64,000 nt of DNA, from the NCBI GenBank assembly GCA_007375645.1, contig VMER01000001.1, positions 5,139 through 69,138 of the forward strand. Direction: 5' to 3'. Shown here piece by piece: positions 18,950-27,944 of the stretch. The DNA comes from Parcubacteria group bacterium LiPW_15. Lineage in GTDB: Bacteria; Patescibacteriota; Minisyncoccia; UBA6257; 2-01-FULL-56-20. Made by a program: the position numbers and the translations under genes. Every line of letters starts with the position of its first letter. Position 1 is the stretch's first letter. The notes beneath the pieces are model-generated. The model had not been told where the DNA came from and made no database searches. It worked only from the letters and a program-made list of their open reading frames with translations.

Positions 18950-20782
18950 ATGCTTATTATGACTGCCAACGAGATACGCCAGAAGTTTTTGGAATATATG
19001 AAGGGCACGGGGCACGCCGTAGTGCCTTCTTCATCTCTCATCCCCGATGATCCGTCGGTGCTTTTGACGACTGCCGGCATGCAGCAGTTCAAGAAGTACT
19101 ACACGGGAGAGGCGGACGCGATGAAGGATTTCGGTTCCAAATCCACCGCTTCCGTTCAGAAGTCTTTTCGCACTTCGGATATCGAATCCGTCGGCGACGA
19201 GCGCCACCTCACTTTTTTTGAGATGCTCGGCAATTTTTCTTTCGGCGGGTATTTCAAGAAAGAAGCGATAACTTACGGTTATGAATTTATAACCAAAGTT
19301 ATGGGTTTGGAAATTTCCTATGTAACTATTTTTGAGGGCAAAGAGGACATTGGTGTCCCAAAGGATGTGGAATCCAAAGAAATATGGAAGAGTTTGGGAG
19401 TTCCCGAAGACAAAATAATCGAACAGGGAATGGATGACGTTTTCTGGGGCCCGACCGGTTCCGGCGGTCCTTGCGGCCCGACCACCGAAATATATGCAAA
19501 AGGCAAAAGCTTTACGGGGGAGCCGCTCGAGGTTTGGAATATAGTTTTTAATCAATTCTATTACTCCGGAAGCCGCGAGGAATTGAATCAGGGCGTTGAG
19601 GGCAAAAAACTTGAACCGCTTCCGACCCCGGGCGTGGATACGGGCATGGGGCTTGAGCGTTTGGTCATGGTCTCGCAGGACGTGCCGACAATTTTTGAAA
19701 TAGACCTTTTCCGAAATTCCTTGGGAGCTTTAACGGACTCCATCCCGGACAAGCGTTCCGCACGGATCATTGCCGACCATCTTCGCGCTTCCACTTTTCT
19801 CTTGGCCGACGGCGTGAGACCTTCCAATAAAGAACGGGGATATATTTTGCGCCGCTTGATCCGGAGAATGCTCGTAATCGCCAAGCGTCTGAATTTGCCG
19901 ACCGATGAACTCATAAAATATATCGGCAATATTGTTAAGGAGTATGGGAATTTTTATTTGGAGCTTAGTGTTAACAGCGGCGTTATTGTCGACGAATTTC
20001 GCGCGGAAGCCAAGAAATTTAATGCAACATTGGATAAGGGACTTAAAGAGTTCGATAGACGTTATCCAGCCGCGAAAGGTTCGGCCGTTGAAGGTCGTCA
20101 TGCCGGTGAGGATGCGTTCGACCTTTATCAAAGCTACGGGTTTCCGTTGGAAGTTATCGGGGAGCTTTTAACCGAGAGGAACTATAAATTTAACGAAGTG
20201 GAGTTTCGCGCCAAACTGGATGAAGAAATAAAAAAACATCAGGAGATATCCCGTGCCGGAGGAGAAAAGAAATTCGGCGGGCACGGATTAATTTTGGACA
20301 CCGGGGAACTTAAAGCCGGAAGCGAGGAGGAGCTGAAGACTGTGACCCGACTTCATACCGCGACCCATATGCTTCAAAAGGCTTTGCGCGAAGTTTTGGG
20401 CGACGAAGTTCATCAAGCGGGGTCCGATATCACCACCGAGCGCACCAGGTTCGATTTCAGCTTCCCGCGAAAATTAACCCCGGAAGAAATTAAAAAAGTT
20501 GAAGATATCGTTAACCAGAAAGTTCTAGAAGACTTGCCGATGAATAAGGTTGTGCTCCCGAAAGCGGAAGCGGAAAAGACCGGCGCGCTATTCTTCTTTA
20601 AAGAAAAGTATCCAGATCCGGTGAGTGTTTATTATCTTGGGCAGAATATCGAAACCGCTTGGAGCAAAGAGTTTTGCGGTGGACCGCACGTGACTCGTTC
20701 CGGCGAGGTTGGGAAATTAAAGATCCTTAAAGAAGAAGCCGTGGGGAGCGGCATGCGCCGTATCCGCGCGACCGTGGAATAG
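18950..20782 (+). CDS. alaS: Alanyl-tRNA synthetase, short form lacking the C-terminal C-Ala domain
   Basis: N-terminus MTANEIRQKFLEYMKGTGHAVVPSSSLIPDDPSVLLTTAGMQQFK is the AlaRS signature. Editing-domain HxxxH (HTATHMLQKAL) is present. About 610 aa versus about 870 aa in typical bacteria. Confidence 0.85.
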   Translation: MLIMTANEIRQKFLEYMKGTGHAVVPSSSLIPDDPSVLLTTAGMQQFKKYYTGEADAMKDFGSKSTASVQKSFRTSDIESVGDERHLTFFEMLGNFSFGGYFKKEAITYGYEFITKVMGLEISYVTIFEGKEDIGVPKDVESKEIWKSLGVPEDKIIEQGMDDVFWGPTGSGGPCGPTTEIYAKGKSFTGEPLEVWNIVFNQFYYSGSREELNQGVEGKKLEPLPTPGVDTGMGLERLVMVSQDVPTIFEIDLFRNSLGALTDSIPDKRSARIIADHLRASTFLLADGVRPSNKERGYILRRLIRRMLVIAKRLNLPTDELIKYIGNIVKEYGNFYLELSVNSGVIVDEFRAEAKKFNATLDKGLKEFDRRYPAAKGSAVEGRHAGEDAFDLYQSYGFPLEVIGELLTERNYKFNEVEFRAKLDEEIKKHQEISRAGGEKKFGGHGLILDTGELKAGSEEELKTVTRLHTATHMLQKALREVLGDEVHQAGSDITTERTRFDFSFPRKLTPEEIKKVEDIVNQKVLEDLPMNKVVLPKAEAEKTGALFFFKEKYPDPVSVYYLGQNIETAWSKEFCGGPHVTRSGEVGKLKILKEEAVGSGMRRIRATVE

Positions 20783-20848
20783 CTCCAGTTTTGGCTTTTC
20801 GAAGGACGATAATTCTGCGGCTCCTGCGGCCGCAGCTTATCTGCGCTC

Positions 20849-20868
20849 CCTGCCTGCCGGCAGGCAGG
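20849..20868. repeat. 20-nt perfect palindrome CCTGCCTGCCGGCAGGCAGG (copy 1 of 2)
   Basis: Self-complementary 20-mer downstream of alaS, adjacent to another GC palindrome (ctgcggctcctgcggccgcag). Identical 20-mer recurs at 59008. Confidence 0.8.
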
Positions 20869-20954
20869 TCGGCAATAAATGCGGTGTTAAAGAATATAAA
20901 TACACACTAAAAACATTTTGCACGAATATCTCATCAGGGCTACAATAAACGTAT

Positions 20955-22073
20955 ATGTTCGGCACCAGAGAAAAATTTCTCATTTTGAACATTGAACCTG
21001 CCGGTCCGCGTACTGTGGTCTTCGGCGTCGGTGAGGACAAAAATATTCGGTTTCAAAAGAATTTGGACGATTGGAATATCCCTAAATTTTTTAAAGATAT
21101 ATCCAGGAAAAATATGACGGCCGTTGTGAGTTTGCACCCGGCGCTCGGAGCCGTGCGCATCGTGCCGTTTAAATTCGTGCGCCAGACGCAAAGCGCGCCC
21201 TTGGAACACACGGAATTGGAAAACTTTTTAGCCCAGCTTTCCCAAAAAGCTTTTTTGGAGTTTCGCGCCGATGTGGCTGATGAACTCGGCATAGACGAAC
21301 TGGACGCGATACTCGTGGAGTCCAAGCCTTTCGCGTATCGCGCGGACGGAAGTTCGGTGAGTTCTCCTATCGGCCACAAGAGCAAGGAGATACATGGATT
21401 CTTGGAATTGCTTTTTACGACCCGGGACGCATTCGATCTTATGCAACCGACCATATATTCCGGGAATCCGGTTTTTATGACATTGCATGACAAATCAGAA
21501 CTAATGTCCCTCAAAAAAATGGGGATGGAAAAGATATCTCTCCTGGAGTTTTCCGAGGAGGGTGGGGCGCGACTTTTGAAATTCGATCTGGATAAGAAAA
21601 ATGATATGCCCGCAAGCCGCAAGTCAGTCGCTTGGTCGCCAAGCCGCTTTTTTACCCGCCTCGAAGAACTTTGGAATGTGGATCGCAAAACTGCCATGAG
21701 TATTTATTTCCTGTATCTAAAAGATGAGGTTTCGCCGAAACTAAAGGCGCAAATAGAAAAAATATGGAACAAAGAGACAAGCACTCTATTTTCGGCGCTT
21801 AGGCAGGCTGGGGCCAGGGGAGAGGTATATGTTAAAACCTGGATGCCGCTACCGCTTACTCTGCCGGCCAGGCAGAAAGGAATAACTCTCCTGGAATTTC
21901 CGTTCGGAGATATTTTCGACCGGCTTGGTTTTACTTTTGAGGGCAAACTTTCCGAACTTTCTCCCAGAGAGGCTTTTGCACAGCTTTCCCCGTTCGTCGA
22001 ATGCTATTATGATAGTAGCGACCCCCAAGTGAGTCACTCTTTAAGGCGCCGCATACACTGGTTAATCGGATAA
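20955..22073 (+). CDS. Hypothetical protein
   Basis: 372 aa. N-terminus FLILNIEPAGPRTVVFGVGED is weakly reminiscent of actin-like PilM/FtsA starts. No firm call. Confidence 0.45.
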   Translation: MFGTREKFLILNIEPAGPRTVVFGVGEDKNIRFQKNLDDWNIPKFFKDISRKNMTAVVSLHPALGAVRIVPFKFVRQTQSAPLEHTELENFLAQLSQKAFLEFRADVADELGIDELDAILVESKPFAYRADGSSVSSPIGHKSKEIHGFLELLFTTRDAFDLMQPTIYSGNPVFMTLHDKSELMSLKKMGMEKISLLEFSEEGGARLLKFDLDKKNDMPASRKSVAWSPSRFFTRLEELWNVDRKTAMSIYFLYLKDEVSPKLKAQIEKIWNKETSTLFSALRQAGARGEVYVKTWMPLPLTLPARQKGITLLEFPFGDIFDRLGFTFEGKLSELSPREAFAQLSPFVECYYDSSDPQVSHSLRRRIHWLIG

Positions 22074-23633
22074 ATGGCAAAAATAATAATAAACAAAAGC
22101 GAAGACGCACGAGCGGTAATTAAAAAAATAGAGAATAGCGAAAGCCGCAAGATAATTTTGGTTATTCCGAGGCAGTCTGTTTTTGGGGAAGAGGTCAGCA
22201 ATTTCGAACTTTTGCGGGAAGCGGCTACGGAGCTCGACAAAGAGATAGCAATAGAATCCGTGGATGAAAACATGCTCGCGCTCGCGAGAGCGAATGAGTT
22301 TGAGGCGTTGCATCCTCTATTTGAAGGCGGCGCTCAGGGAAAAGTTTCCGATATCTTGCCGGCGAAGAATCGCGGGAAAGCCTCCATTCTTAGGCGCCAA
22401 TCCGAACCGATCCATCACCTGGAGGTGGAATCCGGCGGGTCGTCCGAGGAGATTCTAGCGGATGAGCATGGGCATTCCGAGGAGGTGTATGAACCGGTTC
22501 CCCCAAAAAAGATCCCTCCAAAGCGAATATTCTATTTTATCGGCGGCATAATTGTTTTGGTCGGAATATTTTTCGCGGGGACTGCAATCTTTGCCCGCGC
22601 GGACATAAGCCTTCGTTTTAAAAAAACGCCCTGGCAGGATGCCTCAATAATGAAAGCCTCGATCGATCAGATCACCGGAACTTTAAAGGCACAGATATTC
22701 AATCCTGTTAAGTCCGCAACCCCGCTTTTCCCGGCATCCGGAAAATCGCAAGTTTCGATTAAGGCAGAGGGAAGGATAACTATTTTTAATGCCTACAGTT
22801 CCAAATCGCAGCAGCTTGTGGCAACTACAAGATTTGAAACTCCGGACGGAAAAATATTACGGCTGAAATCTCAAATTACCGTTCCGGGCGCAAAGATCCA
22901 GGACGGGAAAATTATTCCTTCAAGTATTGAAGCGGATATTATCGCCGATAAGCCGGGAGCCGAATACAATGTGGGCCCGATAGAAAAACTTACTATCCCC
23001 GGGTTCGAGGGATCTCCTCGCTTCGACGGTTTTTATGGAAAGATAGATTCCCAGCTCAAAGGCGGATTTGTCGGTGTGCGCCAGGTTCCGACAGCTGCAG
23101 ATATTGCTTCCGCAAAAACTAAGACCACGGAACTTTTGAAAGCGGCATTCGGCCCCAACTTCCTGGAGACAATTTCCGGCGGACTTATGATCCTGGATGG
23201 GGCTTCGGCCTTTGAAGTGACCAAACTTACCGTAGATCCGACTACGGACAACGACGGAAATTTCTCCGTTCTTGGCCAGGCAAAGTATACAGCTATCGGG
23301 TTTAAGGAGGAGGATCTGAGAGCTGCCATTCTTGTGAAAGCACGGGAGCAGGATTCTAATGCGTCCTTCGAAAGTATAAATCTTAAATATTCCAAGATTC
23401 AGCCGGACTTCAAAAAGGGGACATTAACTTTCGAGGTGGATTCAGAAGGAGTTGTAACTCCGGCTTTTGATCCGGAGGCATTCAAAGCGTCGGTTCTTGG
23501 CAAGCCGGCAACCGAGGTTAAGGGTATGATTCTCGGGCTTCCCGAGCTTTCCGACGGCAAAATCTCTCTTTCTCCCGCCTGGATCTCAACGGTTCCAGCG
23601 TCTGCCGGCAAGGTTAGGATAACCGTAGAATAG
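22074..23633 (+). CDS. Hypothetical membrane-anchored protein
   Basis: 519 aa. Acidic N-terminal 150 aa, single TM (RIFYFIGGIIVLVGIFFAGTAIFA), large extracytoplasmic C-terminal domain. Start ATG overlaps the stop of the upstream gene. Confidence 0.45.
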   Translation: MAKIIINKSEDARAVIKKIENSESRKIILVIPRQSVFGEEVSNFELLREAATELDKEIAIESVDENMLALARANEFEALHPLFEGGAQGKVSDILPAKNRGKASILRRQSEPIHHLEVESGGSSEEILADEHGHSEEVYEPVPPKKIPPKRIFYFIGGIIVLVGIFFAGTAIFARADISLRFKKTPWQDASIMKASIDQITGTLKAQIFNPVKSATPLFPASGKSQVSIKAEGRITIFNAYSSKSQQLVATTRFETPDGKILRLKSQITVPGAKIQDGKIIPSSIEADIIADKPGAEYNVGPIEKLTIPGFEGSPRFDGFYGKIDSQLKGGFVGVRQVPTAADIASAKTKTTELLKAAFGPNFLETISGGLMILDGASAFEVTKLTVDPTTDNDGNFSVLGQAKYTAIGFKEEDLRAAILVKAREQDSNASFESINLKYSKIQPDFKKGTLTFEVDSEGVVTPAFDPEAFKASVLGKPATEVKGMILGLPELSDGKISLSPAWISTVPASAGKVRITVE

Positions 23634-23688
23634 GGATAGTTGACATAAATGGGGGGTTCGAATACAATTATCGCACCGGCTTTAGTTT

Positions 23689-23910
23689 ATGACAGAATCT
23701 AAAAAGTCAGTTCTTCCGCACATAGAAGGTCAGGTGGAGGAGGCCCTACCGGGCCTTTCCTTTAGGGTTCGTCTTCCGGATGGAAGGCTGATCCTTGGCC
23801 ACCTTTCCGGCAAAATGCGTTTGCATCATATACGCATTGTTCCGGGCGATAAGGTCCTCATGGAGTTGAGTCTGGACGGGGAGCGCGGGAGAATAACACG
23901 CCGAAATTAA
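23689..23910 (+). CDS. infA: Translation initiation factor IF-1
   Basis: S1-like OB fold. [37 protein letters not shown] matches IF-1. Confidence 0.9.
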   Translation: MTESKKSVLPHIEGQVEEALPGLSFRVRLPDGRLILGHLSGKMRLHHIRIVPGDKVLMELSLDGERGRITRRN

Positions 23911-23911
23911 A

Positions 23912-24025
23912 ATGAAAGTACGTTCGTCTATAAAAAAGATGTGTCAGAATTGTAAGGTTGTTAAAAGAGACGGCCGCCTCTTTGTTATCTGTAAGATTAA
24001 AAAACATAAACAGCGTCAAGGTTAA
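23912..24025 (+). CDS. rpmJ: 50S ribosomal protein L36
   Basis: 37-aa ORF missed by the ORF track. [37 protein letters not shown] carries the C-x2-C...C zinc-ribbon signature of L36. Canonical position between infA and rpsM. Confidence 0.85.
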   Translation: MKVRSSIKKMCQNCKVVKRDGRLFVICKIKKHKQRQG

Positions 24026-24027
24026 AA

Positions 24028-24411
24028 ATGCGTCTACTTGGTGTAAACATTCCGGATCAAAAGCAAATTAAATATTCCCTTACCTACGTTTATGGTATCG
24101 GGCTGACTACGAGCGCTAAAGTTCTCGCCGAAACCAAGATTGATCCGAAAAAACTTGCGAAGGACTTGACTCAGGATGAACAGAACAAACTTAAGAATTT
24201 TGTGGAAAAGACCTTTCGCATTGAAGGAGAGCTTCGCCAAGTTATTCGACAGAACGTAAATCGCCTGAAGGATCTTAAGGTTTATCGCGGTATCCGACAC
24301 GCGCGCCACTTGCCGACCAGGGGTCAGAGAACTCGCACCAATTCTCGTACCGTTCGAGGAAATATCAGAAAGACCGCCGGCAGCGGTAAGAGAAAAGTTG
24401 AACTCAAGTAA
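24028..24411 (+). CDS. rpsM: 30S ribosomal protein S13
   Basis: MRLLGVNIPDQKQIKYSLTYVYGIGLTTSAKVL is the S13 N-terminal signature. Confidence 0.95.
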   Translation: MRLLGVNIPDQKQIKYSLTYVYGIGLTTSAKVLAETKIDPKKLAKDLTQDEQNKLKNFVEKTFRIEGELRQVIRQNVNRLKDLKVYRGIRHARHLPTRGQRTRTNSRTVRGNIRKTAGSGKRKVELK

Positions 24412-24413
24412 AA

Positions 24414-24836
24414 ATGGCAAAAACCACTAAAGCTAAAACCTCCGGAGATTCTGCGGCGAAGGCTGCCTCCTCCACAAAGAAAATCAAGAAAGTCTTGTCC
24501 GGCAAGATTTATATAAACGCATCCTATAACAACACGATCGTTTCCGTAACCGATGAGAAGGGAAACATCATCGCTTGGGCCACCGCCGGCTCCCTGGGCT
24601 TCTCCGGGCCGAAAAAGGCCACCCCGTTCGCAGCCTCAAAGATCATGTCTGTCATTATCGAAAAGCTTAAAGCTTCCGGCACCATTGACTTGGATGTAGT
24701 TGTAAAAGGCGTCGGTTCCGGCAGAGATTCCGCTGTTCGCTCCCTTTTGAACCAGGGCTTTAACATAAATTCCATCAAGGACGTCACTCCGGTTCCGCAC
24801 AACGGTCCGCGACCCGCTAAAACCCGCCGCGTTTAA
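24414..24836 (+). CDS. rpsK: 30S ribosomal protein S11
   Basis: IYINASYNNTIVSVTDEKGNIIAWATAGSLGFSGPKKATPFAA matches S11. Confidence 0.95.
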   Translation: MAKTTKAKTSGDSAAKAASSTKKIKKVLSGKIYINASYNNTIVSVTDEKGNIIAWATAGSLGFSGPKKATPFAASKIMSVIIEKLKASGTIDLDVVVKGVGSGRDSAVRSLLNQGFNINSIKDVTPVPHNGPRPAKTRRV

Positions 24837-24871
24837 TATTCTAACCTGCTACAAATTACTTACTAATAAAA

Positions 24872-25498
24872 ATGTTGGGACCAAAAGAAAAAAAAGAAAG
24901 AGCCTTGGGAGAGAGATTGCATCTTAAGGGCACTCGTTGCGACGGCCCGAAGTGTGCCGCTGTAAGGCGCCCCTATCCTCCCGGTGCCCATGGCCAGGGT
25001 CGTCACAGGGCCCTTTCTGATTTCGGCAAACAGCTTAAGGAAAAACAAAAATTTAAGCTAACTTATTTGCTTGACGAAAGGAACTTGAGCCGCATTTTCG
25101 GAGAGGCCGTTAAAAATGCAAAGGTCAGCGCCGGTGGTGTTGGCGCGAAGTTTGTCGAGCTTTTGGAGCGTCGTTTGGATAACGTTGTTTTTCGAATGGG
25201 CTTGGCGCCGTCCCGGCTTGCCGCAAGGCAGCTTGTTCTCCATGGGCACATCTTTGTGAATGGCCGCCGTTCTCGCGCTCCCGGCAATGAAGTTTGTCCG
25301 GATGACACGATCTCGGTTCGCAAGGAGTCTCTGTCCGAAGGACCATTCCGCGATTTGAAAGAGAAATTAAAAACCTATGACATGCCAAAATGGCTGGCGC
25401 TCAATCCAGAAAACCTAGAAGGTCGAATGACGACACTGCCAACCGATGTGGACATGCCTTTTGAAGTAAGTTTGCTTGTCGAAGCATTCAGCAAATAA
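24872..25498 (+). CDS. rpsD: 30S ribosomal protein S4
   Basis: N-terminal zinc-ribbon-like region GTRCDGPKC and S4 domain. Confidence 0.95.
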   Translation: MLGPKEKKERALGERLHLKGTRCDGPKCAAVRRPYPPGAHGQGRHRALSDFGKQLKEKQKFKLTYLLDERNLSRIFGEAVKNAKVSAGGVGAKFVELLERRLDNVVFRMGLAPSRLAARQLVLHGHIFVNGRRSRAPGNEVCPDDTISVRKESLSEGPFRDLKEKLKTYDMPKWLALNPENLEGRMTTLPTDVDMPFEVSLLVEAFSK

Positions 25499-25506
25499 AA
25501 AAATAA

Positions 25507-26256
25507 ATGGAAATAACACATCTTAGCGAATCCGTTTCTATCAAAACCATCTCTGAAGACGCGAAGAAGGGTGTTTTCGAAGTGGAGGGTCTTTATGCGG
25601 GTTACGGTTTAACTCTGGGCAATGCCCTTCGCCGCACTCTCCTTTCTTCTTTGCCCGGAGCTGCGGTTACTTACTTAAAAATAAAGAACGTTCCGCATGA
25701 GTTTTCAACCCTTCCGGGAATGAAGGAGGATTTGATCCAGCTCATGCTCAATTTCAAAAAGCTGCGTTTTGCGACCGATTCCAATGAACCGCAAGTTCTA
25801 ACCCTGAAATGCAAGGGCGAAAAGGAAGTTATCGGCGCCGATATCGAACTCAACAGCGAAGTGGAGATCCTGAACCCGGAAGAGATGCTCGCCAGCCTGA
25901 CCGCGAAAGATTCCGAATTTGACGCGGAAGTAACCGTAGAGCGCGGACTTGGATATTCTCCGGCCGAAGCCAGGAAGAGCGAAAAATTACCGATAGGCGT
26001 TATCGCTTTGGATGCTTTCTTCTCTCCGGTTGTGAGCGTAAACTACAACGTTGAAGATATGCGTGTAGGCGACAGGACGGATTACAATCGTCTTCGCCTC
26101 GAAGTTGAGACCGATGGCACCGTAAGCCCGTCTTCCGCGCTTCATAAAGCGACCAACATTTTGAAGGACCACTTTGAGAAGGTTGCCGCGCTTGAAGTTA
26201 AAGAAGCCGCCCCTGCGGAAGCGAAACCGGCGAAAAAGAAAACTTCCAAAAAGTAA
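25507..26256 (+). CDS. rpoA: DNA-directed RNA polymerase alpha subunit (N-terminal domain only)
   Basis: GYGLTLGNALRRTLLSSLPGAAV alpha-NTD signature. 249 aa ending in a Lys/Ala-rich tail. No alpha-CTD recognisable. Confidence 0.85.
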   Translation: MEITHLSESVSIKTISEDAKKGVFEVEGLYAGYGLTLGNALRRTLLSSLPGAAVTYLKIKNVPHEFSTLPGMKEDLIQLMLNFKKLRFATDSNEPQVLTLKCKGEKEVIGADIELNSEVEILNPEEMLASLTAKDSEFDAEVTVERGLGYSPAEARKSEKLPIGVIALDAFFSPVVSVNYNVEDMRVGDRTDYNRLRLEVETDGTVSPSSALHKATNILKDHFEKVAALEVKEAAPAEAKPAKKKTSKK

Positions 26257-26261
26257 ATCTC

Positions 26262-26615
26262 ATGAGGCATAAGAAAGAAGGCAGAAAATTTCACAGAGAG
26301 ACCGGACAGCGCAAATCTTTTGTGCGCTCTCTTATGCTTGCCCTATTGAAGACCGGAAAGATAAAGACCACCGAAGCTCGCGCGAAGGAAATAAAACCGC
26401 TTGTGGAGAAAGCCATAACCCTCGCCAAGAAGCAGGATCTGGCCAGCCGCCGTTTGCTTATTTCCCGCCTTCATGATAAAAAAATAGTCCAAAAGCTTTG
26501 CGATGAACTGGCCAAGAAATATGCGGATCGCAAGGGCGGTTTCACAAGGATCGTGAAGCTCGGCGTAGTGAGAAAACGGGACGCAACCAGAATGGTAGAG
26601 ATATCTTTTGTATAA
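26262..26615 (+). CDS. rplQ: 50S ribosomal protein L17
   Basis: MRHKKEGRKFHRETGQRKSFVRSLMLALLK matches L17. Confidence 0.9.
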   Translation: MRHKKEGRKFHRETGQRKSFVRSLMLALLKTGKIKTTEARAKEIKPLVEKAITLAKKQDLASRRLLISRLHDKKIVQKLCDELAKKYADRKGGFTRIVKLGVVRKRDATRMVEISFV

Positions 26616-26979
26616 AATGGACTACGTAATCGACGCAAAAAACAGACCGCTCGGACGCGTTGCCTCCGAAGCAGCGCTCATTCTTCAGGGCAAAAAGAGC
26701 CCGGCTTATAATCCAAGAAAGATCGGGTCCGACCGCGTTCTTTTAAAGAACTACTTACAGGTCACTTTAACCGGAAGAAAGTTCAAGGAAAAACTTTACC
26801 ATCATCACACCGGGTACATGGGTCATTTGAAGACCGAAACTTTTGAGATGGCCTGGAACAAGGATCCAAAAAAAGTCATCCGTGAGGTTATACTTCATAT
26901 GCTTCCCAAGAACTTCATCCAGTCGAAGAGGATATTAAATCTAGTTTTCGTGGAAAATGGAGAAAAAGCAAATGATTAA
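26608..26979 (+). CDS. rplM: 50S ribosomal protein L13
   Basis: YVIDAKNRPLGRVASEAALILQGKKSPAYNP matches the L13 N-terminus. Confidence 0.9.
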   Translation: MYKMDYVIDAKNRPLGRVASEAALILQGKKSPAYNPRKIGSDRVLLKNYLQVTLTGRKFKEKLYHHHTGYMGHLKTETFEMAWNKDPKKVIREVILHMLPKNFIQSKRILNLVFVENGEKAND

Positions 26980-27466
26980 AAAAGAAGTTAAGGAAAAGAA
27001 GCCGATTGCCCACAAGGCTCCTGCGGATAAGCCGGTAGCTCATCATGCTGCCACCCATGCCGCTCCGGCGGTTAAGGCCGGCCGTTATTTTGAAGGCATT
27101 GGCCGTAGGAAGACTGCGTCCGCCAGAGTGCGTGTTTCTAAGGGCTCCGGAAAGTTTGTTGTAAACGGCCGCACAGTGGACAAATATTTTCAAACGAATA
27201 AACTCCTCGCTATCGCCGAAGAGTCGCTTAAAAGGCTCAATATGGCGGATAACGTGGATGTGAGCGTGAAGATCGATGGCGGAGGCATCAACGCCCAGGC
27301 CGAGGCCGTAAGACACGGTGTTTCTAGGGCCCTGGTCTTAATGCAGCCCGACTTAAAGCTCCAATTGGCCTCTCTGGGACTTCTGACCCGCGACTCCCGC
27401 ATGGTGGAACGCAAGAAGCCAGGTTTGAAGAAAGCCAGAAGGGCTCCGCAGTGGAAGAAACGGTAA
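26957..27466 (+). CDS. rpsI: 30S ribosomal protein S9 with N-terminal extension
   Basis: GRRKTASARVRVSKGSGKFVVNGR...PQWKKR C-terminus is the S9 signature. About 40 aa extra Lys/Ala-rich N-terminus. Confidence 0.9.
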   Translation: MEKKQMIKKEVKEKKPIAHKAPADKPVAHHAATHAAPAVKAGRYFEGIGRRKTASARVRVSKGSGKFVVNGRTVDKYFQTNKLLAIAEESLKRLNMADNVDVSVKIDGGGINAQAEAVRHGVSRALVLMQPDLKLQLASLGLLTRDSRMVERKKPGLKKARRAPQWKKR

Positions 27467-27470
27467 TTCA

Positions 27471-27497
27471 AAAGCTCCCCGAAAGGGGAGCTTTTAG
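27471..27497 (+). terminator. Intrinsic terminator after rpsI
   Basis: aaagctcccc-gaaa-ggggagctttt hairpin followed by a T-run. Confidence 0.8.
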
Positions 27498-27519
27498 TTT
27501 CTCCCATTGCGGAGATGGA

Positions 27520-27603
27520 GGGGGTCGGGGAGGAACGGGAAATGAGTTCCTCCCCGTGTTGGAATTACTCAGAACCGAGGGTTTTGAGGGAGCGGAGCGA
27601 CGC
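27520..27603 (+). repeat. Structured intergenic repeat, copy A (about 80 nt)
   Basis: gggggtcgggg...ctccccgtgt.gaattactca.aaccgagggtt.tgagggagcggagcga, about 85% identical to 43191..43269. Internal stem ggggagg/cctcccc. Confidence 0.75.
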
Positions 27604-27632
27604 CGCATTGGAAGAAACGTTAAAAAAAGAAA

Positions 27633-27658
27633 CCCCGCGAAAGCGGGGATTTCTTTTA
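27633..27658 (+). terminator. Second intrinsic terminator after the repeat
   Basis: ccccgcgaaagcgggg hairpin followed by atttctttt. Confidence 0.7.
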
Positions 27659-27877
27659 GTTCTCATTCTTGTAACCTTTGACAAGCCAACCCGTTATATT
27701 GTATGCTCCCGACCATGATTAAAAGTCATAACATCTTTAATAGCTTATTGCGGCAGGGGAACTTCGATTCTCCGAAGGCTGTATTTATTGCCACCAATTG
27801 GGGCACTTCTATGTTTGGCGATTGGCGACGCATATTTGATTTTCAAAAACATAAATAAAGGTAAATGTTTTGAAACC

Positions 27878-27915
27878 AACAATGCCTCGCTAATCAGCGG
27901 GGCATTGTTTTTTGA
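27878..27915 (+). promoter_or_regulatory. Leader hairpin plus U-tract (attenuator-like) upstream of the ABC exporter
   Basis: aacaatgcctcgc-taatca-gcggggcattgtt followed by ttttttg, 30 nt before the RBS aggagt and GTG start at 27945. A TTGACA -35-like hexamer lies at about 27679. Confidence 0.5.
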
Positions 27916-27944
27916 AAATTCAAACGAAAAGAAAGGAGTAGGTC

